A stretch of DNA of 64,000 nucleotides from Octopus sinensis (GCF_006345805.1 NC_042997.1:201500001-201564000), one strand, 5' to 3'. Positions 50,213 through 63,697 are shown, numbered from the stretch's first letter. Program-made: numbers and translations. The notes: generated from the letters alone by a model not told the origin.

Positions 50213-51197
50213 TTTACTCTTTACTCTCTTTTACTTGTTTAAGTCATCTGACTGTGGCCATGCTGGAGCACTGCCTTTAGTCGAGCAAATCGACCCCAGG
50301 GCTTATTCTTTTTAAGCCTTGTACTTATTCTGTTAGTATCTTTTGGCGAACCACTAAGTTACGGGGACGTAAGCACATCAGCATCAGTTGTCAAGCGATG
50401 TTGGGGGGACAAACACAGACACACAAATATATACACACACATACACGTATATATATATATATATATATACATACATATAAACAACGGGTTTCAGTTTCCG
50501 TCTACCAAATCCACTCACAAGGCTTTGGTCAACCCGAGGCTATAGCAGAAGCCACTTGCCCAAGGGCTGCCCAGGAGGCTGCACCAGGCTCCAATCTGAT
50601 CTGGCCAGGTTTCTACAGCTGGATGCCTTTCTTAATGCCAACCACTTTGAGAGTGTAGTGGGTGCTTTTATGTGCCACCAGCACAGGAGCCACTCAGGCA
50701 GTACTGGCATCAACCATGCTTGAATGGTGCTTTTTACATGCCACCAGCATGGGATCCAGTCAGGCAACACTGGCAACAACCACATTTGAATAGTGCTCTT
50801 TATGTACCACTTGCATGAGGGCCAGTCAGGTGGCATTAGCAACAACCATGCTCAAATGGTGTTTTTTATATTCTGGTGGCACTTGCAACAACTATGTTCA
50901 AAGGGTGCTTTTTACATGCCACCAGTACGGGACCAGTCAGGCAGCACTTGTATGTAGGATCATTTTTAGAAATACATAAATCCAAAGGATAAGCACACTC
51001 TAAGATGTAGAGCAGTTAATATTATAGCAGGGTAGGCCAGTTTATCTTCCCATATTTATGGGAGACCCATGGTTTTCATGGAAGTGACTGGCCCAGAGCT
51101 ATAGTAGAAGACACTTGCTCAAGGTGCTGTGCTGTGGGACTGAACCTAAAACCATCTGGTTGCAAAGCAAGCTTCGTAACCATGCAATCATGCCTGT
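50213..51197 (-). mobile_element. CORE-like SINE interrupted by an RTE 3' UTR fragment (about 50566-50950)
   Basis: SINE tail and middle, then RTE repeat units, then SINE head near 51090-51197. Confidence 0.6.
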
Positions 51198-51215
51198 ACC
51201 TAATCAGTTATTCAA

Positions 51216-51435
51216 CCCTTTATCATTCAGATTCCTTTGTCCGATTTATCGCTTACTTATTCACATTATTTTGAATTTATCTGGCATTATCCCATAGCTT
51301 CAATATTGCAATGATGTGATTGTATATTTTTAGAATGATATTGTAGAGTATGTGTGAGAGGCTGGATCTGGTCAGTTTGAATATAGAAGAGGCAAAATAT
51401 TTTGGCTGGATATGGCCAGTTTAAATGCTAAAGGG
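51216..51435. mobile_element. piggyBac-like MITE, second family
   Basis: TCAA-CCCTTTATCATT ... AATGCTAAAGGG-TTAA. Confidence 0.6.
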
Positions 51436-51944
51436 TTAAGTTAAAGTGCAGCTTCTAGTTGTGCAAATGAAGTTTCAAGCAAACAGCTGATTAACTCCCT
51501 TCCCAACTCCTCAGTTTTAATATGCAGCTTTGCTCTTCACAAATGTTTCTGATCAGAATGCCAAAACTCAAAATCATTATCCACTTTGCTTGCTTTGTGA
51601 AAGATGTAGAAGAATCCATTATACACAATTTCTCCCTTTACTGCATCTCTTGAATACGTTGTCAGCTGTCACATGCATAAATAAAGGTTATTTAGTTAAG
51701 AATATATTTTTTTTAAATGACAAAATTACACCACACGTGTGACAGTGTCCATACAGCAAATGAACCATTTGTTGGCAGGAACATTAGCACCATTTTTATC
51801 TTTTGTCCTTTACTTGTTTCAGCCATTAGACCATGGCCATGCTGGGGCACTGCCTTGAAGAATTTTGGACAAGCAAATTGACACCACTGCTAATTTATTT
51901 TAAGCAACAAACACAGACACAAAGACACATATATACACATAGAT

Positions 51945-52011
<67 letters not shown>

Positions 52012-52039
52012 CTTTATTTAAAAGCAGCAGAAATATAAC

Positions 52040-52380
52040 AATCAGACAAAAATTGCTGCAGCATGGCTGGGATGTGTTAGCCCACCCTCCATATTCACCA
52101 GATATTGCTCCTTTGGATTTCCACTTATTCAGGTCTCTGCAGAATAGTCTTAATGGTAAAAATTTCAATTCCTTGGATGACGTAAAAAGATACCTTGATG
52201 AATTCTTTGCCATGGAACCACCTCAATTCTGGGAAGAGGGTATTTTCAAGTAAAAGGAAAGATGGAGACGCATTGTGCGAAAAAATGGTTCATATTTGGT
52301 TGATTAAAAATGTAATGGCAAGTATTTATTGACCTTTTTCTTTCCTTTAAAACTCAGCAAGAACTTTCCGGACAACCCAA
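52040..52380 (+). mobile_element. Mariner 3' fragment with right TIR
   Basis: GWDVLAHPPYSPDIAPLDFHLFRSLQNSL; end AAGAACTTTCCGGACAACCCAA-TA. Confidence 0.85.
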
Positions 52381-52400
52381 TAGAATAGAACTGTTTTACA

Positions 52401-52647
52401 CATCATCATCATCATCATTTAGTGTCCGCTTTCCATGCTAGCATGGATTGGACGGTTTAACTGGGGTCTGGGAAGCCAGAAGGCTGCACCAGGCCCAGTC
52501 TGATCTGGCAATGTTTCTATGGCTGGATGCCCTTCCTAACGCCAACCACTCCATGAGTGTAGTGGGTGCTTTTTACATGCCACCGCACAGGTGCCAGACA
52601 GGGCTGGAAAACGGCCACGGTCGGATGGTGCCTTTTACGTGCCACCA
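52401..52647 (-). mobile_element. RTE 3' end copy
   Basis: Family terminus with (TGA)n tail. Confidence 0.75.
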
Positions 52648-53118
52648 AAAAAAACAAAAATTTAATTGCTGCCAAGAAAAATATGATCACAAACACCATT
52701 GTCAGATGGAAGATTTTGCACTAAAATGGTATCACTAAAATAGTGGAACCAAAATGTTAGTACCAAAACAGCAGCCTCCAGCATGTACCGAGCACACAGC
52801 AGTGAGATTAAGTTAGTTTAATGCTAAAATTAGTAATTAAAGTCCAAGTCGTTCTTCTTGAGACAATACATCATAAACATTTCACACGTTTTAGTGTAAC
52901 TTTCAAAATAGTTAATTATATAAGAAAAATAAAATTTTCCATTTATATATTTTATTATCTGCTAATTATTATTTTGTTGTCTTTTTTTAGACTTTGCTTC
53001 TTTTTGCGATATGTTTTATGCTTTTGTTGTTTATTTGTTTTTGCTGTTCTTTATGTTTAGAGAAAGAATTGGTAAAAATAAGACTAAAATTTTCAGGATA
53101 TTTATGAGAAAATTGTCT

Positions 53119-53162
<44 letters not shown>

Positions 53163-53245
53163 CTTCTTCTTCTTCTTCTTCTTCTTCTTCTTCTTCTTCT
53201 TCTTCTTCTTCTTCTTCTTCTTCTTCTTCGTCTTCTTCTTCTTCT
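53119..53245. repeat. (GTT)n(CTT)n microsatellite
   Basis: Direct inspection. Confidence 0.95.
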
Positions 53246-53392
53246 GTTGAAGTCTGGGTGTTGATGGTGCTTGAGGTGAAAAGGATGAAACAAATTATTT
53301 GAAGTTTATATGAGTAGAAAGATAACAAAATAATACCAGAAAATAATAATAATAATAATGATAATAATGATGATGATGATGATGATGATAAT

Positions 53393-54460
53393 GATTTCAT
53401 TTATTGGCCACAAGGGTGAAGGATGAGGAGGACAATACAGACACAGACATAAACTATTGGGATTTACATATAATGAAATGATAAGAAAATAAAAAAGAAA
53501 GAAGGTATACACAATAAATACTGTAAAAGAAGGGATAAATGCATAGCATACAAAGGTTTAAATAAAAAAAAAGGGGGTGATGAGGATGATAGAGATGTGA
53601 CCCTCCTAATACAGGGAGGCTTCTAGGGATAATCAAGGAACCCTACTGTCTGAGATTTCCCTGAAACCCCAGGAGCAAGTGCCCTTTTCCAATTCCTTCT
53701 CTCCGATTCACAAGTCTACACTTAGAGAGGTATCATTCATTCTTGCCATTTTCGCAACTTTCACCCACCTTTCGATAAACTCACTTGAAGACAGCACTTC
53801 CCTCTCCATTCTCAATTTCCTTTCCAAGTGAAACTTGAAGAAGTCAATGAGAGCTCTACTAAAGAGGAATGTATCTGTCCTCATGCCCCTTTCTGCCTTA
53901 TCCACCAAATAATCTCTTTTGCCACAGCCACCAGGCAAAGGAAAGCTGCCTTGCCTGCCCAATTGAAGGAGGGTGGTGGTGCAATCATCACTATAGACTT
54001 GGCCAACAGACGAATCCACCCTACATGTGACAGCAGCTGTTCAACATAACTCCTCAAGTCAGCAATACCTGGACACTGAACGAGGGCATGCAGAATGGTT
54101 TCGTCATTCTCCAAACAGCTTGGACAAGCCCATCTGATAGCACATCCGTGTTTGTGGAGTTTATTTCGAACTGGCAGCACCCCACCAATAGCGTCCAGGC
54201 CAAGACCATCTGGAAATTATCCATGACAGTTCCAACCGGAAAGTCCTTCAGAACAGACAAGCCAGTTTATTTTTGTTGGCGCCCAGAGTCTCTCCGAGCA
54301 TGACATCACACTTCCCCAGCATTAATCCTCCATAAATTTCTAAAGCAGAACATCCACCGATGCCATTGCCCAACTGGTAGATGGATGTGAGCATCTGACA
54401 ACACTTTAGGTGCCAGGTGCCCAGTCTCTGTCGTTTTTTTCACCCAGGACTGCAGCTCCA
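53393..54460 (-). mobile_element. L1/Tx1-clade LINE 3' fragment
   Basis: LPVR..L...CPSCLENDETILHALVQC zinc knuckle and KEIIWWIR motif; frameshifted; pyrimidine-rich 3' UTR ending CCCTTGTGGCCAATAAATGAAAT. Confidence 0.75.
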
Positions 54461-54789
54461 TCAAGGAAATGATAATAACAATAATAATAAGGTAAGAAAA
54501 ATGTTGAAATTGAAATTTAATGGTGTAGATAGTATCTCTGTTATTAACTCCAGTGCTCAAAGCATGATAAGGTATGGAGGTGGTGTAGTCAAATGAATGA
54601 AGGATGACCTGAAGATCTTGGTGACAAACACCAGAAAATTATTAATCGTATATATGGTATATATGCTGTGCTTGAGGAGGCCAGGCAAGTCAAATGAGAT
54701 CATAACCGTGGCCTATGCTAGTGCAGCATCACTGGCTCATGTGAGAGTAGTGGTGGTGGCAGCAGCAGTGGAGAACAAAAGAAGGACTT

Positions 54790-54969
54790 CCACCACTACC
54801 ATCACCACCATCACCACCACCACCACCTTCTCCACCACCATCACCACCACCACCACCTTCTCCACCACCATCACCACCACCACTCTCACCACTACCACCA
54901 CCACCATCACCACAATGACAATAACAACAACAAAAATAATAAGAACGATGATGATGATGCTGATAATGA

Positions 54970-55006
<37 letters not shown>

Positions 55007-55037
55007 GGTGGTGGTGGTGGTGGTGATGATGAAGATG

Positions 55038-55087
<50 letters not shown>

Positions 55088-55138
55088 GATGATGATGATG
55101 AGGATGATGATGATGATGATGCTGATGATAACAATAAT
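54790..55138. repeat. Compound (ACC)n/(GAT)n/(GGT)n tract
   Basis: Direct inspection. Confidence 0.95.
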
Positions 55139-55462
55139 GGGGACCTGAAAATTGAGATCGCCAAGATGTGGCAGCTGCAAGAGTCAAAGATAAAGGTTTT
55201 TTTCCTGTAGTTATCGGAGCATTGGATTCAATGCCACCAAACCTGAAGAAACATCTGGACACTTTAGAAATACCCTACAATATTGGGGCATTGCGAAAAT
55301 CGGTTTTGCCTGGGACTGCACACACACAAACTGCATAAAGTACTGCTGTGCGTCTAAAGTCCATGTTGTGACTCGACGAACAACACAAACCCCCAGTACA
55401 CACAACATCTTCAGTCTACAGAATCACGATATTGGATATTGCACAACATCTTCTGTAATAAT
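55139..55462 (+). mobile_element. 3' fragment of a second R4/Dong-like family
   Basis: DLKIEIAKMWQL..PVVIGALDS..GTAH parallels the C-terminus of the 48526-49488 ORF; ends TAATAATAA. Confidence 0.7.
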
Positions 55463-55717
55463 AAATGAAAAATTTCTTAAGGTGTCAAATCTGTAAATTT
55501 TGATGTTAGGAAAACAATGTTTTTAACATTATCAATACATCATTGGTTGTTCCAGGGGGAGCTAATTAATGTCAACGATATGAATTTAATGACTACAGGG
55601 GCAAACTTTCGTTCATTATCTATTCTAAGTACTTTTTTTTATTTTGTAAGCATCACTAGTTGAGTATGTTTGAAAGAATGTTTTAGTCTCTTATGACTAA
55701 TTTTATATATACACACA

Positions 55718-55751
<34 letters not shown>

Positions 55752-55753
<2 letters not shown>

Positions 55754-56705
55754 CATCATTTCATCATCATTTAATGTCCATTGTCCATGCTGGCATGGGT
55801 TGGACGGTTTGGCCAGAGCTGGAAAGCTGGTGAGCTGCAGCTGACTCCAGTTTGATTTGGCACGGTTTCTATGGCTGGATGCCCTTCCTAATGACAACCT
55901 CTTTATAAAGTGTGCTAGGTGCACCGCATGGATTCTTTTGTATGGTGCTGCACAGGTGCCTTTATGTGGCACTGCATGGGTGCTTTTATGTGGAACTGCC
56001 ACAAGTACTTTTCACTACCAGAGGGACTGGTCTTAACACTTCTTCTGTGGCAAAGCACCAAGCATCTCAGTCCTTCATCATCTCACCTGAAAGGTTCAGC
56101 ATCCTGAAGTCATTCTTCGGTTCTTCATCCCATGTCTTCCTGGGTCTCCCACTTCCACATGTTCCATCTACTTCAAGAGATTGGCACTTCTTTATGGAGC
56201 TGTCAGCATCCATCCGCATCACATGACCAAAACAGCACAGTCTGCTCTCTTGCACACAGCAACCAATTCCTCTTATGCCTAACTTCTCTCTCAAAACACT
56301 AGCACTCAATCAAACATGTACCCTTACATTACACATCCAGTGGAGTACACAAACCCCATTCCTTTCTAACCTTCACACGTCCTCTGCATTCAGGGCCCAC
56401 ATCTCACTACCATGTAGAATTGCTGTCTTTATACATGCATCATGCAATTTTCCTTTTCCTCGGAGAGAGAAACATTTTGTGGCCAACAGAGGTAGCAGCT
56501 CTCTGAATTTCTGCCATCCTATTCTAATTCTAGCTATCACACTCTCCGTGCATCCTCTCCCACTACGAATTTGGTCCCCTAGGTAGCAGAAACTATCAAT
56601 TACCTCTACTGAGCCACCAGGGCATTCAAGAGAATCAATTTTCTGAGTATCCAACGTTTTTTATGGATCCTGTGCATCTTCCACACAGGAAAACTATCTT
56701 CTCTG
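55752..56705 (-). mobile_element. 5'-truncated RTE LINE, diverged subfamily
   Basis: DSFCYLGDQI, LHGSEMW, GHVMRM, GRPRKTW; family 3' end. Confidence 0.8.
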
Positions 56706-56714
56706 ATAACTTTC

Positions 56715-56933
56715 TTTTTACTCTTTTACTCTTTTACTTGTTTCAGTCAATTGACTGCGGCCATGCTGGAGCACCACCTTTAGTCGAGCAAATCGACCCC
56801 AGGACTTATTCATTGTAAGCCTAGTACTTATTCTATCGGTATCTTTTGCCGAACTGCTAAGTTATGTGGGCGTAGGCACACCAGCATCGGTTGTCAAGCG
56901 ATGTTGGGGGCCAACACAAGCACACAAACATAT

Positions 56934-57022
<89 letters not shown>

Positions 57023-57505
57023 ATATATATACATATATATATGTCGATCAGTTCTTCACCAACAATTGAGTTCATATTCAGAACATTTGGAAAATCCTCT
57101 GCCCAGTGCTTCATGATCTCCTTTATAACTGTCAGAAAATTACCCTCATACACACACATATATACACAAATATATTCTTTTATTTGTTTCAGTCATTTGA
57201 TTGCAGCCATGCTGGAGCACCGCCTTTAGTCAAACAAATTGACCCCAGGACTTTGTTTTTGTAAGCCTAGTACTTACTCTATCAGTCTCTTTTGCCAAAC
57301 CGCTAAGTTACAGGGATGTAACTTAGTTGTCAAGCGATGGTGGGAGGACAAACACACACACACACACACATTCACATACACATATACACATGCATATATG
57401 ACAGGCTTCTTTAAGTTTCCGTCTACCACAGGCTTTGGTCGGCCTGAGGCTGTAGCTGAAGACACTCGCCCACAGTGCAACACAGTGGTACTGAACCCAG
57501 AACTA
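56715..57505 (-). mobile_element. Two CORE-like SINE copies
   Basis: Tails at about 56715 and 57178. Confidence 0.7.
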
Positions 57506-57682
57506 TGTGTATATATATATATATTTCTCTCCTTTTTTTTCTGTGTCCCTTTCTGTAGAAGAGCGTAGGCTCAAAACGTAAAAGACTTTTTATATTCCTG
57601 AGCATTATACTAATACATCTGTTTGTTTTGTACATCACCTGACTTTGTCTTTTGTTTTTTTTTTGTAAACTCTCCCTATATA

Positions 57683-58974
57683 CGAGGGGCGTTCAATAAG
57701 TAATGCCCCTGACCCACTTCCCATAGCAGTAGAGCAACGAAACTTTGCTCAGTTATTAGTCTTTCTCTACATAGGAACCACCCGGAGTTACGCATTTCTC
57801 CCATCGTTTGATGCAGCTCTGGAGACCGTATTTTTTTTAGAAGACCCAGCTTGGTCCTCCAACCACGACGTGACTTCAGAAATCAAGGCTGCATCATCTG
57901 GGAAACGCTTTCCTATCAAAAACAACTTCATGGCTGGAAAGAGGTGAAAATCAGAGGGTGCAAGGTCAGGAGAGTAGGGGGGATGGGGGAGGAGTTCATA
58001 GCTGCACGCCTGTGCTTCTGATCTGGCGACACGTGAGTTGTGGACCGGAGTGTTGTCCTGCAGGAGGAGGATGTCTTTGCTGATCTTGCCCTGCCTCTTG
58101 ATTTTGATAGTTTCTCTTAATTTCCTCAAAAGTGAAGCATAATAGGCTCCTGTAATTGTGGTACCCTTTGCCAGGAAATCTGTCATCACTACTTCGTCCT
58201 GGTCCCAGAAGACTGTGAGCATGACCTTGCCAGCGGAGGGCTGCACCCTTGCCTTCTTTGGAGGTGAGTCACGGTGCTTCCACTGCATTGACTCGGCTTT
58301 GGTCTCTGGATCATAGTGATGGACCCAGGTTTCATCCTGTGTAATCAGTCTTTTGAAAAATTTTGACTCATCTTCTTGGCACATCTCCAAATTCATCCTT
58401 GAGCACTCGACGCGTTCTTGCTTCTGGAAAGGTGTGAGCAACCTGGGAATCCATCTGGCAGACACCTTTTGCATATGCAAATGGTCATGAATGATAGTTT
58501 CCACAGACCTGGTACTAATCTTGACCTCATGGGCTATTTGGCAAATAGTTATGCGTCGATCTTCCAAAATGGCAGCCTCAACTTGACGGACAAATGCCTC
58601 ATCAATTGCAGAAGGGGGGCGACCAGATCTGGGAGCTGTTTCCACCGAGTTCCGACCATGTTTGAATTCACGATGCCAGCGTTTTACAAGGTCATATGAT
58701 GGGGCATCATTACCATAAGTTACTTTCATTTCATCAAAAGTCTCCCGTGGTGTGCGTCCCTTCCAATACAAAAACCGGATCACTACTTGACACTCAACAG
58801 GCTCCATTTCACACTTGACTCAGTTCAAACACCTGTAAATCAGAAACCCCAATTAGTTCAGAGCTGTAATTTGCCACCTACTCTATAGAGATATAAATAA
58901 TTGCACACACAAAATTTCAGCTAGATCAAACAACTGTAAGTGGGTCAGGGACATTACTTATTGAACGCCCCTCG
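57683..58974 (-). mobile_element. Full-length mariner transposon (irritans-like), 1292 bp
   Basis: 37-bp TIRs with one mismatch (57683-57719, 58938-58974); TA on both sides. Confidence 0.95.
57788..58807 (-). CDS. Mariner DD34D transposase, 339-aa ORF with late frameshift
   Basis: WIPRLL, QDETW, QDN-x-YSPDLAPSD with 34-residue spacing; native tail GLQSCIKRWEKC..GGSYVEKD* (stop 57756-57758) is in another frame. Confidence 0.9.
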   Translation of the reverse strand: MEPVECQVVIRFLYWKGRTPRETFDEMKVTYGNDAPSYDLVKRWHREFKHGRNSVETAPRSGRPPSAIDEAFVRQVEAAILEDRRITICQIAHEVKISTRSVETIIHDHLHMQKVSARWIPRLLTPFQKQERVECSRMNLEMCQEDESKFFKRLITQDETWVHHYDPETKAESMQWKHRDSPPKKARVQPSAGKVMLTVFWDQDEVVMTDFLAKGTTITGAYYASLLRKLRETIKIKRQGKISKDILLLQDNTPVHNSRVARSEAQACSYELLPHPPYSPDLAPSDFHLFPAMKLFLIGKRFPDDAALISEVTSWLEDQAGSSKKNTVSRAASNDGRNA

Positions 58975-59516
58975 TATATATATATATATATATAAATACT
59001 CAGCTCGTCAGTAGCAATTCGTCATCTGTCATATGAATGACAGATAACTTTTGAAGTATATTTTTTGCCACCATGGCTAATATCAGGAAATATAATAATT
59101 ATAATTCAACTTTTAGCAAACATTTTTGCTGCTTATGCAAAAAGATGAAGTGAATACGAATTCTCAAACGAAAAATATTCATTAATTCAAGATATATGTA
59201 TGAGTGTGTATGTATATGTATATATATATGCATCTATGTGTGTGTGTGTTTGTGTGAACGTGAATAAGTACACATACATGTATATCTGAATGTATGTGTA
59301 CATGTGCATGTGTACGTGTGAGCATTTGTGTATGAATGTATATGTTTATACATCTGCATATGTCACTCGTATACATACATATTTCTGAGTATGTCTCTAT
59401 ATATTCTCATTTTACTTAATCACAAAAGCATTTCTCTGTTTACATTTCATACAAATATATTTGTGTTTATCTTTATTCCTCTCCATAAAACTCGTCATTG
59501 TTTTGCAACTCAAACC

Positions 59517-59576
59517 GTCGAAATTCCCTGTCAATTAATGAGTCCTGTCGAAATACCCTGTCAATTAATGAGTCTT
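59517..59576 (+). repeat. 30-bp tandem duplication
   Basis: GTCGAAAT(T/A)CCCTGTCAATTAATGAGTC.T twice. Confidence 0.85.
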
Positions 59577-59652
59577 GTCTTTATTACAATATTTTCATTA
59601 TTTTTCATATAACTTTACAAATATGATACAGCTTCAATTTATAATTGACTCT

Positions 59653-59711
<59 letters not shown>

Positions 59712-61209
59712 CACATTCTGTCCTCTTTCACCTCCTCTCACCCACCTCTCCCAGCATTGTTGATGTTGTTGCTGCTATTGTTGTTGATAACAGTGGTAGT
59801 GGTAGAATTATGGTGGTAGTAGTAGTGGTAGAATTATGGTAGTAGTAGTGGTAATAGCAATGTTATTATTATTATTGTCATTGTTGTTGGTGGTGGTGGT
59901 GGTGGTGGTCATCGTCGTCATTATTCCAAAACCAAACGACATTCCTACCATGACCCTACCATCTGTTTGCCGTCCAAGAATTTGGACCTGGAGATCTCCA
60001 TTTCCAGCGACTTCAAGGGCCACCTACCAGTGGTGTCGGGTGTCAACGAAGAGCCCTTGACTACAACAAGACGACCAAAGTTTTTTTTTTCCAAGGTCTG
60101 CGGTCTCCCACCCCTAAGCCCTAGACCATCACCCTTACCCGTCTTGTTGCTTAACAACAACAACCATCTGTTTCATGCATACAACCTCATTACCTAACAT
60201 CATTCCTTCTTTAAAGTGTAAGCATGTAATTAACAGGCAATCTGACTGCTATTTCTAGTGGGTCAAGCAGCCCACTAAAAGCTATCTTGTTTGACTCCTT
60301 TAAGTAAAGTAACATTTCTTCCCTCATTCATATTCCATAATCTTTCCCTCTCCAGCTTAGCATCAAATCACAGAAACATGAAGTTCTTACAATTTGATAT
60401 TGATTCTAACAGATTCTGAAACACGATTTATCATTATAATGGTTAGCATTTTCCTATAACTGAATATATTTTTCAGATTCTTCCACACCAATCTGGGAAG
60501 TTAGCTTTTGTCTCCTTCTCTCAGACTAAGAAAAGCATTCCTTGGCAATATTTGGACAGAGTGCTTGGCCTAGGAAAGCTTCCAACAAACTCTCCATTTT
60601 AAGTTTGAAATATTCTTCATGAAATGTAATTCAAGATTTGTGTGTTTTGCACTCATTTTTGTCATTCATGAACAATTATTGTATCTACATTCCCTTATCA
60701 TCATCATCGTCATCATCATCGTCACCATTATCGTTATCATCGTTGTTGTTGTTATCATCATTGCCATCATCATCATCATCATCATACTTACCAGATGAAA
60801 TTCCTTGAGGCAGATTTTTCTATGGACAGATGCCCTTCCTGTCTGCAACCCTCACCCGTTTCCAAGAAGATTAATATCTTCCTGATACCAGACTAGTTTT
60901 TTCATGGAAGACTGGCAACAAACCACCTCGCTTGTATAACAATGATGCTCTTTTACAATCATCATATGACAAATATACACAGACACATATACATACATAC
61001 ATACATACATACATACATACATACATACATACATAAATATAAATTAGAAGGTTTGGAGATGATGTACAGGTATTATATATTAGAAGAAATGAGGTACTCA
61101 GAATTCCAGATGGTTATATATTTACAGATATTTATTAGTATGTTACATGTTGAAATTTTTAATTTTGCCTATGTGCATTTTTTGTTTTTGATTTTATCAA
61201 CTACACAGT

Positions 61210-61605
61210 ATAGTAGGGTCTGTTGGGCACCATCTGTGAGAAAAACAGCACCATGATGCAATTCATTCTGCTAGGAATTTGGAAACAACATGCTGTACTG
61301 CTTGGCATTCACCCCGGAAGCTCCAATACAAACATTTCAGAATGTTTGGGTGTCAATATGAGGACATGTACCCAGAGTGTTAAAAATTAAACATTCAGTT
61401 AACATCATGGTGTTTGGAGTGTTCACTAGTGATGGCAACGTTATGCCTCCATTCACCTTCCCACATGGCCTCAGACCCAACATGGAGGCCTACATCAAGT
61501 GCCTGGAGGAGTTAGTGCTGGCCCGGGCCAAGAGTGGGGCTACTAGAAAACCCTATGTCTGGCAACAGGACTCAGCCCCATGCCACACAAGCAGGAGAAC
61601 CCAGA
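61210..61605 (+). mobile_element. Internally deleted Tc1/maT-like transposase fragment
   Basis: IMVFGVFTSDG..PPF..YIKCL..YVWQQDSAPCHTS catalytic-domain motifs. Confidence 0.75.
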
Positions 61606-62558
61606 ACCATGTAGATGGAAAGCAAGTTCTTACCACACAGCCACTCTGGCACCTATTCCTCTGTATTTAAATATTTTTTCCTCATTTAACTCTGTAATCT
61701 CCCACTCTACATTCCAGTCATTGTTGCTCCTATTTCAGCCAATCTCAGACATTACAAAATGGTGTCCTTATTTACATGATATAAATCCACATGCCAAATT
61801 CTACACATTCTTCCATACATTTCGGCATCAACCCCTTCCAACCTTTCCTCCTCTGCCATGATATTCCGGTCATATAAAAATAATTCTGTTATGTTAGACT
61901 GCATGTGTTGTCTGTTATGCTTTATCAGTCTTCTCAGCTAAGACATCTGATATCTGTTTGACTCTAGTTAATGGTTTGTTGTGATGCATTATATGACTGC
62001 AACCTGCCCATTACTAATTGAAAACAGTTAGGATTTAGTCATCCTGTCTTACTGTTAAGACTGGATTTAGCCTTTCTCCATACATTTACATTTCAATGCT
62101 GGAGTTTTTTTGGCTCGATTTCCCATTTATTCATTAATTAATTATTGACCGACCGAGCGGCTTCGTAGCCCAAAATAAAGTAAAAAAGTGACTGATTAAA
62201 TGCCATACGATATCTGCTTGCAGTTTTTTACATTCTGAGTTCAAATCCTTTCAGTTTTCACTGTATCCTACATGTTTTGGGTTTTTTTATTTTTATTAAT
62301 ATCTTTTATTTTATTTTTTATTAATATTATTTTATTTTTTACCTGTTTGAATCAGTTGACTGCGGCCATGCTGGGGCATCACCTTGAAGAATCTTTGGTC
62401 AGATGGATGGATCCCCCAGAACTTTTTTTTTTTATTTTAAGCCTGGTATTTGTTCCATCAATGTGTTTTGCTGAACTGCTATGCTATGAGGACATAAATA
62501 CACCAAGCAGTGATGGGAGACACACACACAAACAAACAAACACGCACACACACGTGTT

Positions 62559-62708
62559 ATCATCATCATCATCATCATTTAGCGTCCGTTTTCCATGCTA
62601 GCATGGGTTGGACGGTTTAACTGGGGTCTGTGAAGCCGGAAGGCTTCATCAGGCCCAGTCAGATTTGGCAGTGTTTCTACGGCTGGATGCCCTTCCTAAC
62701 GCCAACCA
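62559..62708 (-). mobile_element. RTE 3' end copy
   Basis: Family terminus. Confidence 0.75.
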
Positions 62709-62752
62709 TATATATATATATATACATACATATATATATATATATAATATAT

Positions 62753-62800
<48 letters not shown>

Positions 62801-62872
62801 TATATACATAATATATATATATATATATATATACATATATATACATATATATACATATATATACATATATAT

Positions 62873-62949
<77 letters not shown>

Positions 62950-63516
62950 CATATATATGTAACATATATTTCTCCACAGACTGAAACCTTAATCGATTTT
63001 CAAACCTTATTGGATTCTCATCAAAGGCATCCACATCATCATGACAGTAACAAACAGTAAAACTGTTTATATGCAGCAGTTACTTTATGAAGGAGTCCCT
63101 AATTTGCATACTGAAATACCAGCGGCCTGTCAACAGAGATCTTAATCCACACAATATCGAGATATGATATAATATATATGTAACATATGGCATAATTATA
63201 AACAGTGATAATTTTAGCCATTTCTCCACAGACTGAAAAAATGATGAACAACCTTAATGAATTTTCGAACCTTATCAGAGGTGTCCACATCAGAGGTCAC
63301 AAAAGTGACAAAATGTACTGACTAGCACCACCTATGCTAAGTTACAAGTTAAATTAACTCTAAAGCCACTTAAGCAATGTACTTAATGACAGACAAAGGG
63401 AGGTAAGTCCCTAGCATATATAGCCATGCCATGATTTTGAATTTTGATGTAGACCATCTTAATTCTCATCAGCGGCACTTAATGCCAGGTTCTAATTGCT
63501 AATAAGCCACCCTTAA
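62950..63516 (-). mobile_element. Penelope-like or retrozyme-like repeats with decayed hammerhead motifs
   Basis: Direct repeats at about 62969 and 63221; hammerhead-like motifs at 62987-63028 and 63423-63476. Confidence 0.5.
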
Positions 63517-63697
63517 TATATATATATATATATATATATAACGGGAAGCTTTATGAAAATAAACAAAAGACGAAGGCAGGTGGAAAACAAACGAACAATT
63601 GTAGCCCCCCTTATATATATATATATATATATACATACATATATATATACATATGTATGTATGTATGTATATATGTATGTATAGATATATATGTATG

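Noticed and set aside
54597-55262. Thr/Met/His/Gly-rich ORFs
   Set aside because: Compound trinucleotide repeats between LINE fragments
59930-60200. CpG-containing unique segment with 72-76 aa ORFs
   Set aside because: No recognisable domain or convincing splice signals
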